From Chrysemys picta bellii (Eukaryota), in contig NC_088791.1 in the NCBI RefSeq assembly GCF_011386835.1, forward strand, positions 88,722,001 to 88,786,000: a stretch of 64,000 nt of DNA, given 5' to 3'. A program made the translations under genes and the position numbers. The first letter of the stretch is position 1; every line of letters begins with the position of its first letter. The notes beneath the pieces are model-generated. The model did not search any database, had not been told where the DNA came from, and saw only the letters and a list, made by a program, of their open reading frames with translations. Shown in pieces: positions 37,486 to 50,479 of the stretch.

Positions 37486-38837
37486 CAGGAATGGGAAAAC
37501 TACCTTATGAGAGGAGACTCAAAGAGCGTGGCTTGTTTAGCCTAGCCAAAAGAAGGCTGAGGGGAGATATGATTGCTCTCTATAAATAGATCAGAGGGAT
37601 AAATACCAGGGAGGGAGAGGAGTTGTTGAAGTTTATTACCAATGTGGACACAAGAACAAATGTATACAAACTCGTCATCAACAAGTTTAGGCTTTAAATT
37701 AGATGAAGGTTTCTGACCATCAGAGGTGTGAAATTGTGGAAAGGGCTTCCAAGGGGAGAAGTGGGGGTGAAAAACATAGCTGGTGTGATAAATAAAAGGG
37801 AGGGGGTGGCTCCCTTTTATGAACACCCAGCCAGCTAGTTAGCTATAAAATCCTTCTTAGTAGTTGTTCTCTACTTGTTTTACTTGTAAAGGGTTAAAAA
37901 GGCTCCCCTGCATAGGTAAAAGGAAGGGAGTGGGCACCTGACCAAAAGAGCCAATTGGAAGGCTAGAACTTTTTAAAATGGAAAAAAAAAAAATCTTTCC
38001 CTGGGTCTGTCTGTTGTTGGTCTCAGGGAGAAGCAGAAACAGGCTGGAACTATGCTGTAAGAAGGTTGGGGACAGGTATGAAAAATCATCTAAATCATAC
38101 CTAGAAACTATTCACTTGAAACCCCCAGATATGTAAGTAGATCAGGAAATGTCTAGGAAGATGCGATTAGGTTTATTTCTTTTCATTGCTTTATGGCTTG
38201 TGGACTCCTCTGTGCTAACCCCAAATGCTTTTGTTTTGCTCGTAACCTTTAAGCTGGACCTCAGGAAGGTTATTCTTGATCCTTAATTTTTATAAGTGTT
38301 TTTTTTTTTAAATCTAGCAATAGCCTGAGTTTTCAAATGTATTTCTTTCTTTTATTGTTTTTTAATAAAATTTACTTTTTTTTAATAACAGGATTGGATT
38401 TTGTGTCCTAAGAGTTCTGTGCACATGTTGTTTAATTAGCTGGTGGCAACAGCTGATTTCCTTTGTTTTCTTTCTCAGCTCTTCCCTGGAGGGGGATAAA
38501 AGAGCTTGAGGTACCCCATAGGAAGGAATTTCCAAGTGCACCTTCCTGGGATTTCAAAGGGTTTTTTGTACTTGGGTGGTGGCAGCATCTACCCATCCAA
38601 GGTCAGAGAAAAGCTGTAACCTTGGGAGTTTAATACAAGCCTAGAGCGGCCAGTGTTTATTTTTAGAATCCTTGCGGGCCCCCACCTTCTGCATTCAAAG
38701 TACCAGATTGGGAATCAGCCTTGACATGGTGGCAGAGCGGTGGGATCATTTTGAACCAGAAGCACAGACCTCAGGATTTTAAAAGGACACATTTTTCCTT
38801 TTGGCAGTCTGCAAATTCAGGGAGGTTTTTTTTTTTT

Positions 38838-38883
38838 TTCCTTTTCTTTTCTTTTCTTTTCTTTTCTTTTCTTTTCTTTTCTT
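38838..38883. repeat. (TTTTC)n microsatellite
   Basis: Seen directly. Confidence 0.9.
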
Positions 38884-41495
38884 TGCTGCCTGAGGGGGAA
38901 CAGACATGAAAAGGGTTCAGCCTGCCAAGCCAGAGAGTCCAACAAGCAGTTTATTTTTCTAGCTTCGTGGCAACAAAATAGTTAGGCTAGAGAAGGGCAG
39001 TTCTTTGCATGAGGTTGCGGCCGGGCACCAAAATCCTAAGGCAACCAGTTTTCCCAAAGTGGCACGCCATGGAGAAGACAGACCCAGATCAAGCCCAGAC
39101 ATCCAGCTCCATGACAGAAATGTAGGGAGGGGATGGGAGACCATAGACTTCCCAGGAGGGAAGGGTCAGCCCTCCCCCACCTGAGATCCTAGTGCCAGGA
39201 TGGGGGGATGCCCTTAACCCAGGCAACGTTCTAACTGCGGAAGAAAGGAATTTCTTCCTAGAGATGAAGTGCTTGGAGGTGGAAGAAAGGTGAAGCACTG
39301 GGAGGTGGAGGTGGAAGCGGAAGCGAAGCGCTTGGAGGCGGAAGCTGAGGCAAAGCTCTTGGAAGCGGAGGTGAAGCGCTTGAAGGCAGAAATGGAGCTA
39401 AAGCGCTTAGAGCTGGAAAAAGCTAAGCTGGGTCAACCAGGTAGCCCTAACAGTCATTCTCCAGATACTGGTCCCCATTCCAAGAAATTCCCCACATACA
39501 AGGTAGGCGATGATACAGAGGCCTTCTTAGAAAATTTTGAAAGGGCCTGCCTTGGGTACAGCCTCCCTCCAGACCAGTATATGGTGGAGCTGAGGCCACA
39601 ACTCAGTGAACCCTTAGCAGAATTGACAGCTCAAATGCCTAAAGAACACATGAACGAGTATGAACTTTTTAAACAAAAGGCCAGAATTAGGATGGGACTA
39701 ACACCTGAGCATGCCTGTCGGTGGTTCAGATCCCTAAGGTGGAAACCAGACGTGTCATTTTCCAGACATGCCTACCACATTGTAAAAAATTGGGATGCCT
39801 GGATATCAGGAGTAAATGTTAAGTGTCTGGAAGATCTGTCTATCCTAATACAAATGGAACAATTCTTAGAGGATGTTCCTGAGGAAATAGAAAGGAAGAT
39901 TGGAGCCAAATGGGTGGAGGTGGCAGGGAAGAAGAAAGCTAGTAGCAGTTGGTGCAGATACCAGAAGGGGCAACCTGAGACAATGCCCCACCATTAGAGT
40001 CATCCCAAGGCCCCACCTCACAAGGAGGAGCCCTCCACACAGCCAGGGAAACCCCAGATGCCCTCTCGTCCCACCACCCTACTCGCCAACCACCCACCTT
40101 ACCCCAGCCCACAATCAGCTGGGCAATTCTTCAAATGTAATGAGCTGGGGCATGTGAAGGCCAACTACCCCAAGAGCACCAGATGACTGCAATTCATCAC
40201 CCCGAGGTCCCAACGAGAGCCTTCAGACCCAGATGCTTCACAAATACCCCCAGAGCTAAGGGAAACTGTGAGTGTGGGAGGGAGGAAGATTACTGTATGG
40301 ACAGACACTGGAACACAGGTGTCAGCTATCCACCAATCCCTGGTGGACCCCAAATTCATCAACCCAGAGGCCCAAGTGATGGTGCAACCCCTTAAAGCCA
40401 ACTCTTTTAACTTGCCTACAGCCAGGTTGCCTGTCCAGTACAAGGGCTGGTCAGGAATATGGACTTTTGCAGTCTATAACGATTATCCCATTCATTCCCA
40501 TGCTGCTGGGAGAAGACTTAGCCAACCATGTGAGGCTTATAAAAAGGGTGGGGATGGTCATCCGCAGCCAGGCTAAACAGGCCTCCAAACCTAACCCCAT
40601 TTCTGAGTCTCCTACAAGAACCCAGTCTGTGTCCCCTGATACCATAGGCCCAGGAACTCAGCCAGAGGTTGTGAAAACAAACCCCAGACCAGAGTCTATG
40701 GCAGCGGTTGTAAATCCAGTTCCTGGGACCCAACCAGAACCAGACCAAGGATCGGAACTCATGGAGCAGTCAGCACCAGAGCCCATTCTTGCAACCACAC
40801 CAAAGCCAGGGGAGCCAGCACCAAGGGGCGCCACAGAGCCGGCACCTGCAGCAGCAGCTAAACCGGTGCAAGAAGCTCAACCGGAACCTGAAATGCAACC
40901 TAGTGCACCAGTAGAGAGTAGTTCACAATCGACGGAGACACCCCCATCACCTGCATCGCTTCCAGTGGGACCAAGCCCAAGTCCACAACCCAGCAAGGAA
41001 CTAATGTCTCCAGCATCAAGTGAGCAGTTCCAGGCAGAGCAGGAAGCAGATGAAAGTGTCAAGGGAGCTTGGCCAGAGCACAGAGCAACTCACTACCTCT
41101 CAGCTCTTCCAATAGGTCCAGGTTTGTTGTAGAAGGAGGACTTTTATACAAGGAAACTCTTTCTATTGGGCACAAGGAGAACTGGCATCCTCAGAGACAG
41201 TTGGTAGTTCCAACTAAGTATAGGGAAAAGCTCTTGAGCATAGCCCACGATCACCCTAGTGGCCATGCTGGGGTGAACAGGACCAAGGACTATTTGGGGA
41301 AGTCATTCCACTGGGAGGGAATGGAAAAGAACTTTTCTATCTATGTCCAGTCTTGTGAGGTGTGCGAGAGGGTGGAAAAGCCCCAAGACCAGGTCAAGGC
41401 CCCCCCATAATTGAGGTTACATTTCAGTGGGTAGCTGTGGATATTCTAGGTCTTTTCCCTAAGAAGACACCCAGAGGAAAGCTATACATACTGCC

Positions 41496-41943
41496 TGTGA
41501 TGCAACAGGGAGTGGGGAGTATTGACCTGGGAATGTTGCAGAGGAGTTTTACTGGGACTGTGTGTGGGATGGGAGACTTTCCAAGGGAAGATACCGAAGC
41601 ATGTAACATGAGAGCCCAGGAGAGGGGTTGGGGCCAGGTGACACCTTCTGCCCGGGAAAATGGACAAAGGCTGGAGGAGGAACCAGGGGGAGGGGGTTTG
41701 AGATGGCTGGAGGAGGTTTCAGTTTGGAGCTGGCTGGGGAAACGGAGGGAGCCCCAGGACTGGGGTCTAAGTCCCTGTCCCCCAGAAGGATTTGACTGTG
41801 GGGTCCTGGTTAAACCTACAAGCTTTGTTTGGGACTGTGTTACTGTCATCCAATAAACCTTCCATTTTACTGACTGTCTGAGAGTCACAGTGAATCAAAG
41901 GAAGTGGGGGTGCAGGGCCCTGATTCCCCCACACTCTGTGACA
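41496..41943 (+). mobile_element. Solo LTR inserted in the integrase gene, related to the LTR at 2901-3372
   Basis: TGTGAT...GTGACA with TSD CTG(C/A)C. Removing it restores YILTFMDFAT. Shared 3' end CTGTCATCCAA(A)TAAACCTTC...GGGGTGCAGGGCCCTGA. Confidence 0.9.
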
Positions 41944-42772
41944 CTGACCTTCATGGATTTTGCCACCCGATGTCTGGAAGCAGTAGCTCTAAGCAACATC
42001 AGGGCTAAAAGTGTGGGCCAGGCATTGGCAGACATTTTTGCCAGGGTAGGTTGGCCCTCAGACATCCTTATGGATTCGGGAACTAACTTTCTGAAAGGGA
42101 CCATGAAACATCTTTGGGAAGCTTATGGGGTGAACCACTTCGTTGCCACCCCTTCCAACCATCAAACAAATGGCCTAGTGGAGAGTTTTAATGGGAATTT
42201 GGGGGCCATGATATGTAAATTCATGAATGAGCACTCCAATGACTGGGACCTAGTGTTCCAGCAGTTGCTCTTTGCCTATAGGGCTTTACCACATCCCAGT
42301 TTGGGATTTTCACCCTTTGAACTCGTTTATGGCCACAAAGTTAAGGGGCCATTACAGCTGGTGAAGCAGCAATGGGAGGGGGTTACATCTTCTCCAGGAA
42401 CTAACGTTTTGGACTTTGTAACCAACCTGCAAAACACCTAGCTCTTGCTTGAGAAAACCTACAGGATGCTCAACAAGAGCAAAAGTCCTGGTATGATAAA
42501 CATACCAGAGAGCGTTCCTTCAGAGTAGGTGACCAAGTCATAGTCTTGAAAGCGCTCCAGGCCAATACGATGGAAGCATTGTGGGAGGGGCCATTTATGG
42601 TCCAAGAGCGCCTGGGAGCTTTTAATTACCTCATAGCGTTCCCAGACCCTACCCTAAAACCTAAAATATACCATGTTTATTCTCTAAAGCCCTTTTATTC
42701 CTGACAAATCAAGGTTCTCCATTTACAGCCCAGGAGAGAGATGACACTGAGTAGGCTGAAGAAGTCTACTAT

Positions 42773-43975
42773 TGTAGAACTGATGAATGAAATTGCTTTT
42801 AATTGTTCACTTTATAATGTAACTTCATAAGTACAGTTTTATGAATGAAATAACATCCATTCATAAAACCAGTTACCCCAATAACTGGCTAATTGACAAT
42901 TAAGATGCTTGTTAAGAGCCACAGTTGTTCAGCCTGCTGCCTTTGTAAATTTCACTATCAATCCAATTCCTGCTTAAATCACTGAAACTTGCACTGTTTC
43001 AGTATTGTAACTTCTGTTCACCATTCATTACACTTGCCTACATTGTAACTTCTGTTCACTGTTTGCCATATTGTAATTCAAACCCCATTTTAAAACGCTT
43101 ACTCCATTTTGTAAAAGCTGGCTCCAACCTTCATTTTTGCAAGCCCTGCTGTAATCTTATTAGTTTAGTTTAGATGTGTGAATGAGGTATGGATGGATGA
43201 TGGAATCAACCTCCAGCACCAGCCTGTCCTGATGAAATAGTGTTCAAACATCAACGGCTGAAGATGCAGACAAGAGCCCTAACAAAGTAAGAAGAGTCCA
43301 CCCTAAAAAGAACAAAGGTACAATAGAAGGAAGATCAGAGCCAGGTCCCAGGCTGAAAGTTACGCCTGCAATTGACTGGTGATCAATCACCAAACCCAGT
43401 AGGGTGACCAGATGTCCCGATTTTATAGGGACAGTCCAGATATTTGGGGCTTTTTCTTACATAAGTGCCTATTACCCCCCACTCTCTGTCCCGATTTTTC
43501 ACACTTGCTCTCTGGTCACCCTAAAACCCAGAGGCAGCGTGACACAGCAAGACCTATAGACTCTGGATTCAAACTAAAGCCTACAAAAAGCGTGGGTGAG
43601 ATGGAAGACTTTGGAGGGTAACATTCTGCTGCCAACATGGAAGGGCATCGGTGCATGCCAAACAGAGACCCAGCCCTTCCTTGTGCCCGGCTTTCCTGGC
43701 CAGTTAGCCGCCACAAGCTACGAACCCAAGCTGCAAAATCAAGCCATGAACTCAAGCTATGTTCAGGACTGGTAACTATGCAGCAGCTGCAGAACATCTG
43801 ATGGATGTGTGAATGTGTGTGTGTGTGGATGTGTGTGTATAGGTATCAGGTATAATGTGTGTGTATAAGGATTAAGATATTAGTTATTGGTCATAAATCA
43901 AATTGTTATCATAATAAATGTGGCATCTTTGTCTTGCTCCCTGAAAAGATCCTGTGTTGTTTTGTCTGTATAACA
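42773..43975 (+). mobile_element. Solo LTR (possibly ERV-type) between IN and RT
   Basis: TGTAGAAC...TATAACA with 4-bp TSD CT(A/G)T and AATAAA at ~43913. Confidence 0.75.
43400..43523. mobile_element. hAT-type MITE (TAGGGTGACCAG family), copy 3
   Basis: Perfect 8-bp TSD AAACCCAG and TIRs. Confidence 0.93.
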
Positions 43976-44938
43976 CTGTGAAGGAAAAAGCAACAGTGGT
44001 GTAGAAGAGGTGAGGCTTTCCATAACCTTTGGGTGTAAGCACTGACAGCAAATCCAGGAGCTGTGCACTAGCTTTGCGCCAGTGTTTTTAGCCACCCTGG
44101 GATGGACAGAACAGTCATACCACTCCACTGACACAGGTGATGCTCACCCAATTAGAGCCCAACCTTACCGGATGGCTCCTCAAGCCAAAACTGCAATAGA
44201 AAGGGAGATCAAGGACATGTTACAGATGGTTGTAATCCACCCCTCTGAGAATGCATGGGCATCTCCAGTGATTATGGTTCCCAAACCTGATGGGGAAATC
44301 CACTTTTGTATGGACTACCATAAGCTAAATGCTGTAACTTGCCCAGAAAACTATCCAGTGCTACACACAGATGAACTATTGGAGAAACTGAGATGTGCCC
44401 AGTTCATCTCCACCTTAGACTTTACTAAGGGGTACTGGCAAGTGCCACTAGATGACCCAGCCAAGGAAAGGACAGCCTTCATCACCCACGTAGGGCTGTA
44501 TGAATTTAATGTGCTCCCTTTCGGACTGTGAAATGCACCCGCCACCTTCCAGAGACTGGTTGATAATCTTCTGGCTGGATTAGGGGAATTTGTAGTCGCC
44601 TACCTAGACGATGTGGCCATATTCTCAGATTCATGGGCAGAACACCTGGACGACCTCCCAGCTGTCTTCCAGCGCATAAGGGACGCAGGATTAACCATTA
44701 AGGCCAAGAAATGTCAAATAGGCCTAAACAGGGTAATCTACCTTGGACACCAGGTGGGCAAGGAACTATCAACCCCTTACAGGCTAAAGTAAATGCTATC
44801 CAAAATTGGCCTGTCCATAAGTCAAAAAAGCAGGTCCAATACTTCTTGGGCTTGGCCAGGTATTACCGACGATTTGTACCACATTACAGGTGGTTCCATC
44901 TGCAGACTGCCCATGCTGCACTGAAGTGGCTTCACTCA

Positions 44939-45244
44939 GGGTATGTCTATACTTACCTCCAGGTTCAGCGGTAAGCAATCAATCGTCTGGGATCGATTTA
45001 TCGCGTCTTGTCTAGACGCGATAAATTGATCCCGGATCGATCCCAGAAGTGCTCACCGTCGACGACGGTACTCCTGCTCCACGAAAGGAGTAGGCGGAGT
45101 CAATGGGGGAGTCTGCCTGCCGCGTGTGGACCTTTGGTAAGTACCTTTAAGTTCGAACTAAGGTACTTCGACTTCAGCTACGTTATTCACGTAGCTGAAG
45201 TTGCATATCTTAGTTCGAACTGGGGGGTTAGTATGGACCAGCCC
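44939..45244. mobile_element. Harbinger-type MITE, copy 2, inside RNase H
   Basis: Reverse complement of 33049-33343, flanked by TCA/TTA. Confidence 0.9.
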
Positions 45245-45888
45245 TTAGTCAAAGAAAGTAACAAAAATCTTCTTCAGTGGAGCTTAGCTCTTCAGGACTT
45301 TGATTTTGAAATACAACACATTTCAGGAGCCTCTAACAAAATGGCTGATGCACTCTTCCAGGAAGGTTTCCCAGAATCAGATGGGTAAAAATCTCCCTGT
45401 ATTCTAAGTTGTAGTAGTCCTAAAATGTGGAAAATACTGTTTAGTTCTTCATGTAATTAGTAGTAAAATTAGAGGTGCATGTATCTTATTAACTCTGTTT
45501 CCTCAACCTCCAGGAAGAAATCCCAGGCGGTGTGGACCCTACCTAAACCAGGCTGGCCAGCACTGTCTGTGATTTGGGGTGTGTGCGATAAATGAAAGTG
45601 GGGGTAACTCCCTTTTATGGACACCCAGTCAGCCAGTTAACTATAAAATCCCTCTTAGTAGTTGTTCTCTACTTGCTTTTCCTGTAAAGGGTTAAAATGT
45701 CTCCTGGCATAGATAAAAGGAAGGGAGTGAGTACGTGACCAAAAGAGCCAATGGGAAGGCAAGAACTTTTTAAAATTGGAAAACAACTTCCCCTTGGTCT
45801 GTCTGTTGTTGTTCTCGGGGAGAAGCAGAGACAGGGCTGGAACTATGCTGTAAGAAGCTTGGGGCCAGTTAGGAAAAATCATCTAAAT

Positions 45889-46651
45889 CAGGGGTGGGCA
45901 AACTACAGCCCGGGGGCCACATCCGGCCCTCCAGATGTTTTAATCCGGTCCTCAAGGTCCAGCCGGGGAGCAAGGTCCAGGGCTTGCCCTGCTCTGGTGC
46001 TCCAGCCGGGGAGCAGGGTTGGGGGCTTGCCTCGTTGCACGTGGCTCCCGGAAGCAGTGGCATGTCCCCCCCCCCGGCTCCTACGCATAGGGGCAGCCAA
46101 GGGGCTCTGCATGCTGCCCCTACCCCAAGCACCACCCCTGCAGCTCCCATTGGCCGGGAACCATGAACAATGAGAGCTGCAGGGGCAGTGCCTGCAGACA
46201 GGGCAGCGCGCAGAGCCTCCTGGCTGCGCCACCACATAAGAGCCGGAGGGGGGACATGCCGCTGCATCTGGGATCTGCTTGAGGTAAGTGTCGCCCAGAG
46301 CCTGCACCCCTGACCCCCTCCTGCATCCCAACCTCCTGTCCCAGCCCTGATCACCATCCGAACCCCTCGGTCACTGCCTGAAGCACCCTCCTGCACACCC
46401 AACCCCTCATCTCCAGCCCCACCCCAGAGCCCGCACCCCCAGCCAGAGCCCTCAACCCTCCCTGCACCACAACCCCTTGCCTCACCCCAAAGCCCCCTCC
46501 CGCACCTTGAACTCCTTATTTCTGGCCCCACCCCAGAGCCCGCACCCCCAGCCAGAGCCCTCACCCCCTCCCGCACCCCAACCCCAATTTTGTGAGCATT
46601 CATGGCCTGCCATGCAATTTCCATACCAGATGTGGCCCTTGGGCCAAAAAG
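45889..46651 (+). mobile_element. hAT MITE in the 3' LTR, right end deleted
   Basis: Left TIR CAGGGGTGGGCAAAC. On the right it joins LTR sequence at GGGCCAAAAAG|CTGTAACC. Confidence 0.8.
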
Positions 46652-47142
46652 CTGTAACCCTGGGAATTTAACACATGCCTGGAATGGCCTGTGTTAATTT
46701 TTAGAATCCTTGTGGGCCCCCACCTTCTGCACATGAAGTCCCAGGGTGGAGAATCAGTCTTGACAGCTGGCTTCAAGACTGAGCTTGATAAGTTTATGGA
46801 GGGTATGCTATGAAGAGACTGCCTACAACGGAATGTAGCCGATCCGTAACTGGCAGCAGCAAATCTCCAGTGGCCAATGATGGGACACTAGATGGGGAGG
46901 GCTCTGAGTTTCTACAGAGAATTCTTTCCCAGGTATTTGCCTGGCGGGTCTTGCGCACCCGCTAAGGATGGGATCTAACTGATCACCAGATTTGGGTTGG
47001 GGAAGCAATTTTCCTGCAGACCAGATTGGCAGAAACCATGGGGATGTTTTGCCTTCCTTTGCAGCATGGGTATCTTGCCAGGTTAATCTAGTGTAAATGG
47101 TGGATTCTCTGTAACTTGAAGTGTTTAAATCATGATCTGAGG

Positions 47143-47590
47143 CATGGGTGGTGAGTGGAGTCCCCCTTCCACCTGCTCCCCTCCCCCACCTGGAGGAAGC
47201 CCTGAGCTGCCCCCTCCCCCCCCCCCCACCTGCCTGGAGGTGTCCCAAGCCCCCACCTGCTCGGAGGAGCCCCGAGCCAGCCACGCCACACCTCCCCTCC
47301 CCAGACCCAAACTACTGCAGGGAAAAGCGTCTTGGACTCTTGTCTCCGCAGGAAGAAGTTTTCGCTATGCCCCATGCAGGTTTCGGGGCGGCTGAGGAGG
47401 TGGTATTTGCTACTTATCTTTCTGGGTTCATCATTAATCACTCTGGAGTCCAAGATTACTGATGAATCTGGGAAGCTGAATATCACATACAAGCCACCTG
47501 AAACGTGCATGGGGCATAATAAAACAAAAACTTCCCCCCGCTAAACCCCACAGCCGAGGGTCCAGCAGCCTATTATACCCACCGCCCGTG
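47143..47590. mobile_element. hAT-type MITE (448 bp) inside CR1
   Basis: TIR CATGGGTGGTG / CACCGCCCGTG with perfect 8-bp TSD ATCTGAGG. Confidence 0.88.
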
Positions 47591-47742
47591 ATCTGAGGAC
47601 TTCAGTAACTCAGCCAAAGGTCAGGGGGTCTATTACAGGAGTGGGTGAGTCAGGTTCTGTGGCCTGCAGTGTTCATGAGGTCAGATAGTCCCTTCTGATG
47701 TTAAAGTCTATGAGATCCTACACCAAAGACAACACTTGTAGC

Positions 47743-48830
47743 TGTGACGTTATTCATCTGAACTGTGACCGTGTAGATCATTGTTGCAACCAAGGTCCTA
47801 TAGAGGCACCGAATCTTGTACAAAGGGGGTTACGTAAGGTGTCCATGAAAAGGTTATGATTTACTGGTTATGATTACGCTATTTGTATGCATGTATCGTT
47901 TTTTTAAATTTAAAGTTATAAGTATTGGCTCTATACTGTCTGTATTTCAAACTTGTGCTATGCTTCTGGGTGACACCCCAGACAATTTGGCATCAGCACT
48001 GCCTAGCCTGCTTGATGGCCCATTAGGGACCATCAACTATACAAATAACCCATTGAGAGAAGGCAGATACACCTTGTGACTCAGCAAAGCATGCAGGGAC
48101 ATGCCTATGGACAGAACTCTGAGGTTTTTCCATGCCATGTGCTGGGTAGCTTGTGTTTGGAACAAAGGAAGCACAAGCCACATCGTGAAAGGACTATAAA
48201 GAAAGCTGCAGCATCTCCATTTTGTCTTCAATCCTGCTTCTTAACTCTCGAGGAACTTTGCTACAAACTGAAACTCTGATCAAAAACTGAATGACCCATC
48301 CCAGCTGGGGATGTATTCCAGAGACTTGATTTGAACCTGCAGTTTATTCCATCACTGCTACAAGCCTGAACCAAGAACTTTGCCATTATTGTATATAATT
48401 GATTCCATTTAACCAATTTTAACTTTCATCTATGTTTCTTTCTTTTTATGAATAAACCTTTAGATTTTAGATTCTAAAGAATTGGCAACAGTGTGATTTG
48501 TGGGTAAGATCTGACATATATTGACTTGGGTCTGAGACTTGGTCCTTTGGGATCAGGAGAACCTTTTTTCTTTTACTGTGGTATTGGTTTTCACAATCAT
48601 TCATCGCCATAAGGCGAGGTGTTGGTGGTGATATTGGAAAACTGCAGTGTCTAAAGGAATTGCTTGTATGACTTCTGGTAGCCAGTGGGGTAAAACTTAA
48701 GTCCTCTCTGTTTAGCTGGTTTGATGTGTAAAGAACTCACAGCCTTGGGCTGTGACTGCCCTGCTCTAAGCGATTTGTCCTGAATTGATACTCTCAGTAG
48801 TGTCCCACCACCAAAGGCAGCATTGTTACA
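47743..48830 (+). mobile_element. Solo LTR (1088 bp)
   Basis: TGTGAC...GTTACA with perfect TSD GTAGC. Confidence 0.92.
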
Positions 48831-49868
48831 GTAGCCAATCCTACAATGAACTATCCAAAAATGTATTAAGTAAGAAAGAAAAATAAGAGAGTGATTTATG
48901 GGAAGGGGATGTGGGAAAGCAGTGCTGCCCCTACACCCACCCCATCCTCATCATTCTCAATGACAGGGATTGAGGGTTAATTTTCCACCCCGCCTGATCC
49001 ATCACTCCCATAAAAAAGGGCTGCGGTCCCCACAACCTGAATCCAGATCGCTCTGCTCTCAGCCCGGATTGGGGCACCTGCCCTGCTGGAATCCCCTGGG
49101 GGGGAAGAACACCCCAACCCCCTCGTGCAAGGGGTCCTGGATCGGGCTCAGCTCTGACCTCCTCCTAGTGCAGGTCTCCTGCGGGGGTGGACCAGGCAGT
49201 GCCTCCTGCTAAGCCTGGCTGCCGCTAGAGGGTGTGGCTGTCAAGATCAGGGGCACTATAGTGTGGTCAGCCCCCTCGGCCATAGTGCAGAGCTGCCTCC
49301 CTGCCAGGTGCATCTTGCATACCCTGCTCTGTCTGCTGAATGCACCTGCTCCACCTTCCCTGTAAGGGCCCTGCCTGTGGCACCACCGCCACTTCCCAGA
49401 GCCTCCCTCTTGCCCCAGTACCCAGCTCCCTTTGCCCCGAACTACCTCCTGGCTGCATGGTCACCTTCCCTCTCCCTGACACCTCACCTCTCTCCTTGCT
49501 GCCAGCACTGTGGGATCCCCCCCAGGAAGCCAAGGGGATGTTGGTGCTGGTGCAAGCGCTGCCAGGGGGTGACATCCCCAACGGACTTTCAGCCCAGGAT
49601 ACAGGTGCTCAGCTTGCACCAAAGCACCTCCTCCACCCTGCCCTGGACTATCACGCAGAGCGTGGCCGTATATTTGGGGTGGGTGTTTGTTATGGGGTGT
49701 AGGCTGGGGAGTGTCTGGGGGAATAGTCAGGGCTGGGCAGGATGGGGGTACATGGGGGATAGGTGGGGTTCAGGGTGCATATGCTGTGTGTGGGATGGGG
49801 GAGTAAATGGGGGAATAGGCAGGGTTGGGTCACTTGAGTGTATGCGGTATACAGTATATGGGATGCAT

Positions 49869-49939
49869 CAGTGCTTAATTTGTGCTGGGGCTTGCCAGAG
49901 CTCAGCCCCAGCACCTCTTTCATTAGAAATTAAGCACTT
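49869..49939. mobile_element. Small TIR element
   Basis: CAGTGCTTAATTT...AAATTAAGCACT. Confidence 0.65.
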
Positions 49940-50479
49940 CTGGTCTGCCTTTTCACCTCATTCTGGACCACAGAACAAATGTATATTTTCTTGGTGTGCG
50001 ATAAAGCACATTCTCTTTCTTTTCCTTGCCTGTCCTTCCTGAACAAACTATACCCCTCTACCCAGAGCCATCCCTAGGGGACAGCGAATCAGGGCGACAG
50101 CTCCGGGCCCCGCGCTTTGGGAGGCCCCACAGGCTGGTGCAATTGGCCAGCACCGCATGGGCAGTGGGTGAACCACTGGCTGGGGTAGGCTACCCCCAAA
50201 CCTGCCCCTTCCACCTGAGGGAGAGCGCGCCAGGAGGGAGAGCGCGCAGTGGTGCCATTGCAGCCTTCCCAGTCCCAGAGTGCTAGGAGGGAGAGCGTAT
50301 GGTGCCGCTGTAGCCTCCCCAGCCTCAGGAAGGCGGGCGGTGTGGCCCCAGCCCCCTGGAGCCCAGCAGTGCCACTGAAGCGGGTCCCTGGGGGGGTGGA
50401 GTGTGGATGGGGACATGCCTGGCTGTTTGGGGAGGCACTGGCTCCCCATGCCTCCCCTACCTGCCCCCAGTACGGTCGG

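Larger units (their letters stand above)
37784..46765 (+). mobile_element. Degenerate full-span Gmr1-like Gypsy element (gag/SCAN-PR-IN-RT-RH order)
   Basis: 5' LTR 37784-38726, PBS 38727-38746, SCAN-like gag ~39450-39900, CCHC ~40130, protease DTGT ~40305, IN H2C2 ~41245-41370, IN core 41944-42440, RT YLDD ~44600, partial RNase H, 3' LTR 45584-46765, 5-bp TSD GCTGG. Confidence 0.95.
37491..47720 (+). mobile_element. CR1 3' end split by the Gypsy insertion (37491-37783 and 46766-47720)
   Basis: [23 protein letters not shown] on the left. CTTCAAGACTGAGCTTGATAAGTTTATGG resumes after the GCTGG TSD. Confidence 0.88.

Noticed and set aside
39269-39997. Host SCAN-domain (ZSCAN-like) gene
   Set aside because: It lies between an LTR/PBS and protease inside a TSD-bounded element and is frameshifted, so it is retrotransposon gag.
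45751-46624. Several overlapping 140-250 aa ORFs
   Set aside because: Stop-poor GC-rich hAT MITE sequence.
49000-50430. GC-rich block with many ORFs as a CpG-island gene
   Set aside because: No coherent protein or splice pattern. It contains small TIR elements and abuts CR1, so it is probably a MITE mosaic that I could not resolve.
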